DNA of 47,477 bases from NCBI GenBank assembly GCA_035353595.1, contig DAOPZW010000002.1, positions 1 to 47,477 of the forward strand, in the 5' to 3' direction. This stretch comes from Elusimicrobiales bacterium. GTDB lineage: Bacteria; Elusimicrobiota; Elusimicrobia; Elusimicrobiales; UBA9959. Position numbers and translations under genes: made by a program. Shown one piece after another: positions 1-9,173 of this stretch. Numbering within the stretch: position 1 is the first letter of the stretch; the number at the start of each line of letters is the position of its first letter. The notes under the pieces are model-generated. The model was not told the origin of the DNA. It did not search any database and was given only the letters and a program-made list of their open reading frames with translations.

Positions 1-3000
1 CCTGGACGAAGAGCAGCGGGACTATAACGGCGGTCTACCCGTCATCTATAACTTGGACCGCGCCCGATCTTACCGGTCTGTTCCGCGTCACTTGCGAAGT
101 GGGCGTGGAGGGGCGCGGCAGCGTCTTTGAGAGCAGGGATATCCTGGTCAACACCAAGCCTGCGGTCAACGCTGTAACGGCCTCGCCGTCAATAATTTCT
201 ACCGGCTCCGTTTCGCTGATAACGTGCGCGGCTTCCGATGCGGACCTGGACGCGCTGACTTACAGCTGGTCTTCGGTGGAAGGCAGCACGCTGGTCGTCA
301 GCGCTGATTCCGCTACCTGGACCGCGCCGGTATCCACGGGACTGTATTCTGTCACCTGCTCCGTATCGGACAACAGGCCCGGAGGCACGGCCGAGAAGAG
401 CGTGTCGGTGCAGGTGGCTACCGGTCCGCTGATAACGAATATGAGCGTGTCGCCGGGAACGGTGCCTAAGCTCGGCCAAACCTACATAGTGTGCGAGGCT
501 ACGGCCCCGGATAACGGCGCGATGGCGTATTTCTGGAGCGTCAGCAGCGGCACTATCGCCGCCGCCTATGCCTCCTCCGCGGCGTGGACGGCCCCAGACG
601 CCACGGGTACTTATGTCGCCGGCTGCGAAGTGCGCGTGGCGGGGCGTGACAGCGCCTTTGCGTACGGGGAACTGGTAGTTAACACCCCTCCTACGCTTAG
701 CGCGCTGACGGCCGCGCCTTCCCTGGTCTCCACGGGGTCCGTTGCCGCGCTGACCTGCGCGGCGTCCGACCCCGACGGAGACGAACTGGTCTACACCTGG
801 ACCTCGGTCGAGGGCAGCACCCTGGTCGTCAGCGCGGATTCCGCTACCTGGACCGCGCCCGTGTCCACGGGTTCATACTCGGTAACCTGCGCGGTGTCCG
901 ACGGCAAAGCGGACGGCACGGCCCAGCTGAGCGTAGCGGTGCGCGTGGCCACGGGGCCGGTGATAACCCTGATGAACGTGAACCCGGACCGGGTGCCAAA
1001 GCTTGGCAGCAGCTATGTGATCTGCGAGGCAACGGCCCCCGACTCCGGCGCGCTGGTCTATACCTGGACCAAGAGCGGCGGTACCATAACGGACGTCTTC
1101 CCGTCGTCCGCGGCCTGGCAGGCCCCCGACTCCACCGGGACTTACAGCGTCGGCTGCGAAGTGGCGGTGACAGGGCACGGGAGCGTTTTTGACAGCAGGG
1201 CGATAGTGGTCAACACTCCGCCGGTAATGAACTGGGTGACCGGCCAGCCGGACTTCATTTCTACCATGACGGTCTCGACAATAACCTGCTCGGCGTCCGA
1301 CGCCGATGGCGATACGCTGAGCTACGAGTGGACCGCGCTTTCCGGCAGCACCAAAGCCGTGGCGGGGGACGGTTCCCAGGTTGAATGGACCTCGCCCGCG
1401 TCCAGCGGCACCTATGCGATAACCTGCAAGGCGCTGGACGCCCAGGGCGGCGAAGCCCAGCTGGACGAAAATATAGAGGTCAGCAGTATTCCTGTCATCG
1501 ACAGCCTGACCGCGGACACCGCCATACAGCCGCCGAGCCTGTCGACCGGCGCCCAGACTACGCTGGATTGCGCGGCGCGCGGCCCCGGCGGCGAAACCGT
1601 CGCTTACGACTGGTACGCGTCCAGCGGCAGCACGCAGAGCGTGGCGGGCAATGGGCATAACATGCTGTGGACGGCTCCGGTTTCTACCGGCACCTATAGC
1701 GTGACGTGCGCCGCCCGCGGCGGCGCGGGGTTCGCGCAGCAGAGCCTGCCGATACTGGTCAATAATCCGCCAAGGATACTTTCTGTCAGCGCGGATCCCG
1801 CAACGGTATCGAGCGGGACGGTCTCCACTATAACCTGCGTTGCCGTACATCCTGACGGGCCTATAACTTATGCCTGGTCCAAATCGACGGGAACCTTTAA
1901 TCTGCTTGATCCCTGGCGGGTGGAGTGGACCGCTCCCGCCGCCGCCGGGACCTATAATATCGGCTGCAAGGCTACCGACGAGGACGGGGGCTTCGACGAC
2001 GACAGCGCAGCCGTGACCGTGACCGTCCGCCTGAACCTGGCGCCGACCATCAGCCTGGTGGCCGCGGATCCCGAGGTGGTTTCAAAGGGCGCTGTTTCGA
2101 CCATAACGTGCACGGCCGTGGATCCGGAGAATTCGGCGCTCGCTTATGACTGGTATGCGAGCGGCGGCAGCACCGGGACCATAGCGGGCGGCGTTTCTTC
2201 CATAACCTGGACCGCGCCGCTGGTTATCGGCACCTATACGGTCGGCTGCACCGTCTCGGACGGCGAGGGCGGCACCGACAGCGATGTGGGGCTGGTAACC
2301 GTAAGCACGATGCCGGTCATCAGCACGGTGACCGCGACGCTCGACTGGGTAACTCCGGGGAGCAGCGTAATGCTGACCTGCGTCGCAAAAGGGCCGGACA
2401 AAGAGATCCCCAGCTATACCTGGCATGCGGATAACGGCAGCCTGGAAGCGGTATCGGGGCACCTGGAGCAGATCACCTGGACCGCGCCCGTATCCAGCGG
2501 CACTTATGCCGTGCGGTGTACGGCTACCGGCGCCGGCGGCTTCGCGGAAGCTGACAAGCATATCCTGGTCAATACCCCGCCCTATAAGAAAGCGCCGTTG
2601 TCGGCCGCGCCGTCGCTGGTTTCGCCGCTGGGCATTTCCACCGTCACCTGCACGGTTGAAGACGCGGACAGCGATCCGCTGACCTACACCTGGCAGGCGC
2701 AGGACGGCAGCACCTCGCCCCTCTCCGCCGATGCTTCTACCGTCGCCTGGAGAGCTCCGGCCTCTTCCGGGACCTATACTATAACCTGCACCGCGTCCGA
2801 CGGCAAGATCGGCGGAGTGGTGACCGGCAGCGTGGACGTGCTGGTCGGCACGGCTCCCGTTATAACCGGGCTGACAGCCGATCCTTCCAGCGTGCTGGCC
2901 GGCGGCGTCTCCACCGTAACCTGCAGCGCTTATGACCCGGACAGCAATGACCCGCTGACCTATAACTGGTCCGCATCGGGCGGCAGCTTAAAGGCCTATG

Positions 3001-4310
3001 TTTCATCCGCGGCCTGGACGGCGCCCGCCTCCAGCGGCACTTACTCGGTTACCTGCGAGGCGCAGTCGGGCGGCGGCAGCGCCGTGGCGGCAGTGAATAT
3101 TACAGCCCGCTTCTCCAGGCTCTGGACCAGGCAGCCCGGTTCTGTCGCTAATGATGCAGGTTATGCCGTGGCGGTGGATACTACTTCCGGGAATGTCTAT
3201 ATAGCCGGTGAGGTAAATGAGCATCTCGAGTTTGGCACCACTTGGTACGGCTCCAACGACGCGTTCCTCTCTAAGTACGATACAGACGGCAGCGTTTTGT
3301 GGTCGGTGCAGCTCGGGTCGGCTAATGTCGACCAGGGCCGCGCGGCCGCGGTAGATACTCACGGCAATGTAATTATAGCGGGCAACTCCGACAGGCCGCT
3401 GCTGCTGAAGGACGCTTTTATTGTGAAGTATGATCCCGCCGGCAATATGGTGTGGTTCCGCTCCACCGGGACCGATACGGATGACACCGCTTATGGCGTG
3501 GCCGTAGATTCCGCAGGCAGCGTCTATGTGGTCGGCGAGACCGCCGGCGCCTTCACTAAGCCTTATGCCGGCGGTGCGTCTGATATCTTTATGGTGAAGT
3601 ATAGTTCCGCGGGCGCGCTGCTCAAGAAATATCAGTACGGCACCACCGGCAACGATTCGGCCTACGCTGTAGCGATTGATACCTCCGGGTACGTATATGT
3701 AACCGGGCGAACCGGCGGGCGGCTTGTTCCCGGGGCAACTTATTACGGGGGACTGGACTCGTTCCTTTCTAAGTTCGATAACTCCCTGAACCCGGTGTGG
3801 ACGGTACAGCTGGGCATATCTGCGGCTGATATCGCACGCGGTGTTACCGTGGATTCCGACGGTAAAATATGGGTTACCGGGTATACCAACGGTAATCTTG
3901 CGGGGCCGACCAACGGCGGCACCGATATCTTCCTGGCCAGGTACGATGCGAACGGTTCCACGCTGACGCTGAAACAACTGGGGACCACGGCGGAAGACCG
4001 GGGCTGGGCGATAGCCGCCTATCCCGGCTATGTTTATATTTCCGGAGAAGTGGGCGCCGCCTTCCCCGGCAATACCTATGCCGGAGACGCGGATATATTC
4101 CTTGCTAAATACAATAACAGCGGCGTTGAGGCTTGGGCGCAGCCCCAGCAATACGGCTCGAGCGCGGTCTCTTTGGATATTTCCTACGGCTTAGGCGCGG
4201 ACCATGACGGGAACGCGTTCCTTGCGGGTAAAACAATGGGAGAGATTGACGGGAATTCACAGAATGGCCTCTCTGATATCTTCGTGACGAAGTACTCGCC
4301 GGATAATTAG
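1..4310 (+). CDS. Large secreted/surface protein, 5'-truncated by the window edge: at least 12 two-cysteine Ig-like (PKD/Big-like) modules followed by a 7-repeat SBBP-type beta-propeller region
   Basis: The track gives 99..4310, but the same frame stays open back to nt 3. Nt 3-98 translate to WTKSSGTITAVYPSSITWTAPDLTGLFRVTCE, the same module seen downstream, so GTG-99 is not the true start. Modules of ~90-100 aa each carry ..TC.ASD.D.D.L.Y.W... and ..W(T/Q)AP.S.GTY.V.C. The C-terminal third has 7 repeats such as DAFLSKYDTDGSVLWSVQLG and DIFLAKYNNSG, typical of SBBP beta-propeller repeats. Confidence 0.85.
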   Translation, partial: WTKSSGTITAVYPSSITWTAPDLTGLFRVTCEVGVEGRGSVFESRDILVNTKPAVNAVTASPSIISTGSVSLITCAASDADLDALTYSWSSVEGSTLVVSADSATWTAPVSTGLYSVTCSVSDNRPGGTAEKSVSVQVATGPLITNMSVSPGTVPKLGQTYIVCEATAPDNGAMAYFWSVSSGTIAAAYASSAAWTAPDATGTYVAGCEVRVAGRDSAFAYGELVVNTPPTLSALTAAPSLVSTGSVAALTCAASDPDGDELVYTWTSVEGSTLVVSADSATWTAPVSTGSYSVTCAVSDGKADGTAQLSVAVRVATGPVITLMNVNPDRVPKLGSSYVICEATAPDSGALVYTWTKSGGTITDVFPSSAAWQAPDSTGTYSVGCEVAVTGHGSVFDSRAIVVNTPPVMNWVTGQPDFISTMTVSTITCSASDADGDTLSYEWTALSGSTKAVAGDGSQVEWTSPASSGTYAITCKALDAQGGEAQLDENIEVSSIPVIDSLTADTAIQPPSLSTGAQTTLDCAARGPGGETVAYDWYASSGSTQSVAGNGHNMLWTAPVSTGTYSVTCAARGGAGFAQQSLPILVNNPPRILSVSADPATVSSGTVSTITCVAVHPDGPITYAWSKSTGTFNLLDPWRVEWTAPAAAGTYNIGCKATDEDGGFDDDSAAVTVTVRLNLAPTISLVAADPEVVSKGAVSTITCTAVDPENSALAYDWYASGGSTGTIAGGVSSITWTAPLVIGTYTVGCTVSDGEGGTDSDVGLVTVSTMPVISTVTATLDWVTPGSSVMLTCVAKGPDKEIPSYTWHADNGSLEAVSGHLEQITWTAPVSSGTYAVRCTATGAGGFAEADKHILVNTPPYKKAPLSAAPSLVSPLGISTVTCTVEDADSDPLTYTWQAQDGSTSPLSADASTVAWRAPASSGTYTITCTASDGKIGGVVTGSVDVLVGTAPVITGLTADPSSVLAGGVSTVTCSAYDPDSNDPLTYNWSASGGSLKAYVSSAAWTAPASSGTYSVTCEAQSGGGSAVAAVNITARFSRLWTRQPGSVANDAGYAVAVDTTSGNVYIAGEVNEHLEFGTTWYGSNDAFLSKYDTDGSVLWSVQLGSANVDQGRAAAVDTHGNVIIAGNSDRPLLLKDAFIVKYDPAGNMVWFRSTGTDTDDTAYGVAVDSAGSVYVVGETAGAFTKPYAGGASDIFMVKYSSAGALLKKYQYGTTGNDSAYAVAIDTSGYVYVTGRTGGRLVPGATYYGGLDSFLSKFDNSLNPVWTVQLGISAADIARGVTVDSDGKIWVTGYTNGNLAGPTNGGTDIFLARYDANGSTLTLKQLGTTAEDRGWAIAAYPGYVYISGEVGAAFPGNTYAGDADIFLAKYNNSGVEAWAQPQQYGSSAVSLDISYGLGADHDGNAFLAGKTMGEIDGNSQNGLSDIFVTKYSPDN
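147..1208 (+). repeat. Two exact-period 531-bp tandem units (147-677 and 678-1208) inside the surface-protein gene, each encoding a type-A plus type-B Ig-like module pair
   Basis: Both units begin at the codons for VNT(K/P)P (gtcaacacc at 147, gttaacacc at 678; the next is gtcaacact at 1209). Long near-identical runs occur, e.g. ctggtcgtcagcgc(t/g)gattccgctacctggaccgcgcc. Nt 1-146 look like the tail of a preceding unit. Confidence 0.8.
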
Positions 4311-4339
4311 CGGTCAAGTTAAAGGTCGAAGCGGGATAT

Positions 4340-5329
4340 ATGAAAAGATTGTCGTTTATAATTTTCGCGCTGCTGCTCTTGCCGGCGGCGGCCCATTCCG
4401 GGGACCTCAGCCTCGGTTTCGGGTATCCCTATGTCTCGATAAAATACGATTTCCCCGTGCTGGCGGCGGAGGGCCGTTATGTCACCGGCAGCGGGATACA
4501 GGTTTATTCGGCGAGAGGCTACTGGAATTTCCACCGGACGGAGGCGCTCAAGGGTTTTGCCGGCGTGGAGGGCGGCTATATAAAATTCAACACCCTGGGC
4601 CTGCGGGGCACCGGCTATGAGGGGGCTTTGTTTATCGGCGGAGAGTACCGCCTGACCGGGGATTTTTATCTGCTGATGGATTTCGCTCCCACGCTGATAA
4701 TGCTGCGGCACGCCGTCTACACGGACGTGACGGTGGCCGGCGTCGAATATGTGGTCAACGCCGCCGTCTATTACCGCTTTGGCGGGAGCCGGCGCGAGGC
4801 CGACGCGGAAGCGAAAAAGCCGGAGAAAGCGGAGGCTAAACCGGCTGCGGCTGGCAAGGCCCCTGATGCCGAGGCAAAAGACCTCAGCCTTTCCCCTTTT
4901 GTCTTCACGTCGAAAGAACTGGCTGACGTTGAAAAAAGTATCAGCCCGCAGGAGAAAGAACTGCTGAAAAAACTGGCTTCCGCTGACTGGGAGGAGCGCC
5001 GCGCCGGCGCTTTCGAACTGGGGAAAATAAGATCCGTGCCGGCCGCGCGGCAGTTGACGGCTCTGCTGTCGGACGAGAATGACAAGGTGCGCGGGGTGGC
5101 TGCCCTGGCGCTGGGCCGCATAGGCGATGCCCGCGCCCTGGCCCCGCTGCTGGAAAAACTGAAAGACGCTTCCCCCTATGTAAGGGCCTGCGCCGCCAAA
5201 GGAGTGGCAGGGCTGAAGGATACAAAGGCTTTGAAGGCGCTGAAACCTCTGCTCAAGGATAAGTCCAAAGAGGTGCGCCTGGCGGCCAAAGAGGCTATTG
5301 AAAAGCTGAAAGGCGCTAAAAACCGCTAG
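4340..5329 (+). CDS. Secreted protein: N-terminal small beta-barrel-like (OMP-like) domain, charged linker, C-terminal HEAT (PBS-lyase-like) repeats
   Basis: Signal peptide MKRLSFIIFALLLLPAAAHS. A ~140-aa alternating-hydrophobic region ends ..AAVYYRFG. The linker is EAKKPEKAEAKPAAAGKAP. HEAT-like repeats include DKVRGVAALALGRIGDARALAPLL, SPYVRACAAKGVAGLKDTKALKAL and SKEVRLAAKEAIEKL. Confidence 0.75.
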   Translation: MKRLSFIIFALLLLPAAAHSGDLSLGFGYPYVSIKYDFPVLAAEGRYVTGSGIQVYSARGYWNFHRTEALKGFAGVEGGYIKFNTLGLRGTGYEGALFIGGEYRLTGDFYLLMDFAPTLIMLRHAVYTDVTVAGVEYVVNAAVYYRFGGSRREADAEAKKPEKAEAKPAAAGKAPDAEAKDLSLSPFVFTSKELADVEKSISPQEKELLKKLASADWEERRAGAFELGKIRSVPAARQLTALLSDENDKVRGVAALALGRIGDARALAPLLEKLKDASPYVRACAAKGVAGLKDTKALKALKPLLKDKSKEVRLAAKEAIEKLKGAKNR

Positions 5330-5353
5330 GCTTGCCGCAGGCCCGCGGTTTTT
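5318..5353. terminator. Bidirectional hairpin terminator between convergent genes
   Basis: aaaaaccgc (5318-5326) pairs perfectly with gcggttttt (5345-5353). The A-tract and T-tract flanks allow function on either strand. It sits between the + gene stop (5327-5329) and the minus-strand ssnA-like stop (5372). Confidence 0.55.
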
Positions 5354-5371
5354 CAGCGCAGGGTGGAGAGG

Positions 5372-6694
5372 TTAAAACCGCGCCCAGAGTTTTTTAGCCA
5401 GCTCCGCGGATTTCCTGGCCACTTCTTCTTCGTCTATTCCCAGCTTGAGTTTTTTACCTTCCATCAGCACGCGGCCCGCGGCTATGGTGGTGTCCACGGC
5501 GCTCTGGCTGAGGCCGAACACCAGGTGCCCGGCGAAGTTGGACGCGTCCATCGGCGTGGGGGGGAAATAGTCCAGCAGGATGACGTCGGCGGCAAAGCCT
5601 TCTTTCAGCTCGCCCAGGCCTTTGAAATAGCGGTTGGCTATGACGGCGTTGTTCACCGTGAGGGCGTTGACCGCCTCCATGAAGCCCTGGGACGGGTCGT
5701 GCTTGAGATGCTGCAGCCAGAGGGCCGCGCGCAATTCCTCGAACATATTCACCGTCATGGCGTCGGTACCCAGGCCTACCAGTACGCCCTGCCCCATCAT
5801 CTTTACTATATCCGCGATGCCCACGGAATTGTTGGCGTTGGACTGGGGGTTATGCACCACGGCGGTGCCGGTTTCCTTTAAGATCCTGATCTCCTCGTCG
5901 TTGACATGCACGCAGTGGGCGGCTATAGACTGCTTGCCCAGGACGCCGAAGCCGCGCAGGCGCTCCAGCACCCGCAGCTTGTGCTGCGATTCGGAATGCA
6001 GCTGGTCGGCCTGCGACTCCGCGGTATGGATATGGAAGCCGGCGCCCAGCTTGTGGCCGCGGTAAGCAGCCTCTTCCAGCGTGCCGTCCGTAAGGGTAAA
6101 GGAGGCGTGCAGGCCGAACAGCGCTTTTATCGTGTTGTCGTCCGCGGCGGCCGCCCGCCGTATGAATTCTGAATTTTCCTCAAGCCCCGCTTTGGCGGTT
6201 TCCGTGCCGTCCCGGTCCGAAACCTCGTAGCACAGGCTGGCGCGCAGGCCGGTTTCCCGGACCGCCTTTTCAATGGCCGTCAGCGAGCCTTTGATGGCGA
6301 AGGGGCTGGCGTGGTGATCGATGAGGGTGGTGGTGCCTTTTCTTACGGCGTCGATAAGGGGGACGACGGCGCTGTAATAGGAATCCTCGTTGGTCAGCTT
6401 CTTGTCCAGCCGCCACCAGAGGTTGTTGAGGATATCGGTGAAGTTTCGCGACGGGTCGGCCTTGCCCAGCCCGCGGGCGAAAGTGCTGTAGAAATGCATG
6501 TGGGCGTTGATGAAGCCGGGCAGCACCACTTTTCCCGCCGCGTCTATGACTTTGGCGTATTTGCCTTTGAAGTTTTTCTGCGGCGCTATTTTCTTTATCA
6601 GCCCGCCTTCGATGAGCAGGGCGTGGCCGGTCAGGACCTTGTTCTTCTCGCCGAGAGTCACTATCGTGCCGTTCTTGATCAATATGTTTTTCAT
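5372..6694 (-). CDS. ssnA: SsnA-type putative aminohydrolase (amidohydrolase superfamily, chlorohydrolase/deaminase branch)
   Basis: 440 aa. Metal-binding HxH motif in PGFINAHMHFYS. Blocks NLWWRLD, LIDHHASP, HIHTAES and GTDAMTVNMFEE match what I recall of E. coli SsnA. AAGGA lies 7 nt upstream of ATG 6694. Confidence 0.8.
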   Translation of the reverse strand: MKNILIKNGTIVTLGEKNKVLTGHALLIEGGLIKKIAPQKNFKGKYAKVIDAAGKVVLPGFINAHMHFYSTFARGLGKADPSRNFTDILNNLWWRLDKKLTNEDSYYSAVVPLIDAVRKGTTTLIDHHASPFAIKGSLTAIEKAVRETGLRASLCYEVSDRDGTETAKAGLEENSEFIRRAAAADDNTIKALFGLHASFTLTDGTLEEAAYRGHKLGAGFHIHTAESQADQLHSESQHKLRVLERLRGFGVLGKQSIAAHCVHVNDEEIRILKETGTAVVHNPQSNANNSVGIADIVKMMGQGVLVGLGTDAMTVNMFEELRAALWLQHLKHDPSQGFMEAVNALTVNNAVIANRYFKGLGELKEGFAADVILLDYFPPTPMDASNFAGHLVFGLSQSAVDTTIAAGRVLMEGKKLKLGIDEEEVARKSAELAKKLWARF

Positions 6695-6722
6695 GGTCGA
6701 TCCTTGATCTTTTGAATATTTT

Positions 6723-9173
6723 TTATTCCGGGCAGACCGCAGTTTCTTTGGCGGTGCGCCGGCGCATTTTCAGGGCTCCCGAGAAGCACTTCTTAACGCA
6801 CAGCGAGCAGCCTATGCATTTGGAGGCGTCGAACTGCGGAACTTTGTCGGCGTCCAGTTTTACGGCCAGGTAGCCGCAGCGTTCGCAGTTGCCGCAGTGG
6901 CGGCACAGGTCCGCGTCCACGCCGGGTATATCCTTTACCGGGGTAAGTTCCATGAAGCCGGTGACGGGTGCGGGCAGCGCGCAGCCCGTGAACTCCGCCA
7001 CGGACTTATAGCCCTTCTCCTCGAGCATATGGCTGAGGCCCCAGTTCAGTTCGTTGATCACGCCGAAGCCGTACTTCATCACCACGGTGCAGAATTGCAC
7101 CGACCGCGCGCCCAGCGCCAGGAAATGCGCCGCGGCTTTATAGTCCATCGGCCCGCCGTTGCCCGAGATGGGAACGCCCAGGTTCACGGCCTTGGCGATG
7201 GTGAGGTTGCTGATGGGCGCCACGCCTTCGCCGCTCATGCCTACTATCATGCCCTCTTCCCAGTTGCCTTTGCCTGACAGGCGGTCCCTGAAAGCCAGCG
7301 CCGGGAAGGAGTTGGCCAGCGTGATGCCGGCTTTCTTGTGCGGGTATTTGGCGTAAACCTGTTTTATGGCGTTGACCACCTGCCAGATGGCGGTGACCGC
7401 GCCGGTCAGCTTGAACAGTTTGGGGATCTCCGGGTTGGAAACTTCCATCACCCAGTCGATGATCTTGGCGGCCAGTTCTGGGTCCTGCGAGACTATGTCG
7501 CCCTTGGTGCCGTCGCCGCCCTGGGGGCAGGAGAGGGAGTATTCCACGGCCATGGCGCCCGCTTTTTCCAGCTTCAGGGTGTTGGACTGCCAGGCCTTTT
7601 TGTCGGCCGCGTCATTGCCCGTAACGGGCCCGCCGGTGGAGGCGGCGGTCAGCCGGTCGGGGTATTCCTTGACCAGCCGCGCCACTTCTTTGCAGACGCG
7701 GTCCAGGGCGTGGCCGGAAACATTGTCGGAATTGCCGTATGTGTCCTTGGTGAAGGTCACCATGTACTGCGAAGGGATATGGATGTCCAGCCCGTCGAAG
7801 GCGGTCTTCATCACCACGCCGGGCCAGCCGGCCTCGTAAGCGGCTTTCACCTGGTCGTAGCCGTCGCTGTGGGGGGAGGCCGAGATGATGAACGGCGAGC
7901 GCAGCTTGCGGCCGAAGAAGTCGGTTTCCAGGGAGACGGGCAGCAGGTCCAGGCCGGCCAGCGTTACGGCGCTCTTCTGGTTGTCGGGGATGACGGGGGC
8001 TTTAGCGCCCTGCATGAAAGCGTGGGCTTCCATGGCGGCGTTCTTGCCGGAGGCCGAGCCTTGCACCACGGTGGCCGCGCCGCAGCGGCAGTCGCCGGCC
8101 AGGAACACGCCCTTCTGTTTCTTGTCTTCGAAGACCGGCAGGTTCTTTATGGCCAGCACGGTAAAGTCTATATCGGAGCGGACCTGCTCGGTGCCGGGCA
8201 CGTCCTTGGATTTGTCGTCCAGGCGCACCACCTTTATTCCCTTTTTGAGTATGGCGGTGAGGCGGCTGCGGCCGTTTATGTTTATGCCTTTTTCCAGGAG
8301 GTCGCGCATTTCGTGCTCGGGCAGCTGTATGTCGCCTATGTTCTTGCGGGTGAAGATCTCCGCGCGCGCGGCTCCGCGCTGCAGCGCTATCATGGCGCAG
8401 TCCGCCGCCACCGCTCCGCCGCCGACGACGGCCACATTTTTACCTTTTACATTGTGCCTGGCCGCGTTGCGCAGGTATTCCAGGCCTTCGATCCCGGCCG
8501 CCTCGTTGTCTATATTCAGCTTGAGCTGCTTTTCCACGCCCGCGGTCACTATTACCGCGTCATACTTGTTGAGCAGGGATGCCGGCTCTTTTACCGGGAT
8601 CCCGGTCTTTATCGCTATACTGCCCAGCGTCTTTATGAATTCTATCTCCGTGCGCAGCACTTCCTTGGGAAAGCGCGCGTCGGGGATCAGGTTGCAGGCG
8701 CCGCCGGCTTTCTTGTTCTTCTCGAAAATGTCCACCTTGTAGCCCAGCTGGGCCAGGGTCCCGGCGGCGGCGAAGCCCGCGGGTCCGGCGCCCACGACGG
8801 CCACTTTTTTGCCGTTGAGTTTGGCCTTTCTGAACTTGGGCATCACGCCCAGTTCCTTGGCCCGCTGCACCACCGCGGCCTGTACGGCCGGGATGTTTAT
8901 GGGATTGTCGAAGAGCTTGCGCGAGCAGGCTTTGACGCAGAACCAGTCGGGGCAGACCGCGCCGCAGACGCCGCCGAAAGTGTTGTTGCCCATGATGAGG
9001 GCGGCCGAGCGCTTGAAATCCGATCTGGCCATACGGCGTACGGCCATTATGAAGTCCGCCGGAGAGCAGTCGGCCGGGCAGGCTGTCTTGCAGGGTTTTT
9101 CTTCGCAGTAGAGGCAGCGGTTAGCCTCGGCCTGCAGCTGCGCGTCGGTCAGGAAAGTAATTTTGTTTTTCAT
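6723..9173 (-). CDS. Fused PreT/PreA-type (dihydropyrimidine-dehydrogenase-like) Fe-S flavoprotein oxidoreductase
   Basis: N-terminal GltD/PreT-like half: CLYCEEKPCKTACP, GGVCGAVCP, and two dinucleotide folds VAVVGAGPAGFAAAG and VAVVGGGAVAADCA. Central DHODH/PreA-like TIM-barrel half: RSPFIISASP, YSLSCPQGGDG. C-terminal 2x[4Fe-4S]: CRHCGNCERC, CIGCSLCVKKC. The start is moved to ATG 9173 (MKNKITF..), preceded by GAGGTG. The track's 9188 is a TTG that lies upstream of that SD. Confidence 0.8.
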   Translation of the reverse strand: MKNKITFLTDAQLQAEANRCLYCEEKPCKTACPADCSPADFIMAVRRMARSDFKRSAALIMGNNTFGGVCGAVCPDWFCVKACSRKLFDNPINIPAVQAAVVQRAKELGVMPKFRKAKLNGKKVAVVGAGPAGFAAAGTLAQLGYKVDIFEKNKKAGGACNLIPDARFPKEVLRTEIEFIKTLGSIAIKTGIPVKEPASLLNKYDAVIVTAGVEKQLKLNIDNEAAGIEGLEYLRNAARHNVKGKNVAVVGGGAVAADCAMIALQRGAARAEIFTRKNIGDIQLPEHEMRDLLEKGININGRSRLTAILKKGIKVVRLDDKSKDVPGTEQVRSDIDFTVLAIKNLPVFEDKKQKGVFLAGDCRCGAATVVQGSASGKNAAMEAHAFMQGAKAPVIPDNQKSAVTLAGLDLLPVSLETDFFGRKLRSPFIISASPHSDGYDQVKAAYEAGWPGVVMKTAFDGLDIHIPSQYMVTFTKDTYGNSDNVSGHALDRVCKEVARLVKEYPDRLTAASTGGPVTGNDAADKKAWQSNTLKLEKAGAMAVEYSLSCPQGGDGTKGDIVSQDPELAAKIIDWVMEVSNPEIPKLFKLTGAVTAIWQVVNAIKQVYAKYPHKKAGITLANSFPALAFRDRLSGKGNWEEGMIVGMSGEGVAPISNLTIAKAVNLGVPISGNGGPMDYKAAAHFLALGARSVQFCTVVMKYGFGVINELNWGLSHMLEEKGYKSVAEFTGCALPAPVTGFMELTPVKDIPGVDADLCRHCGNCERCGYLAVKLDADKVPQFDASKCIGCSLCVKKCFSGALKMRRRTAKETAVCPE

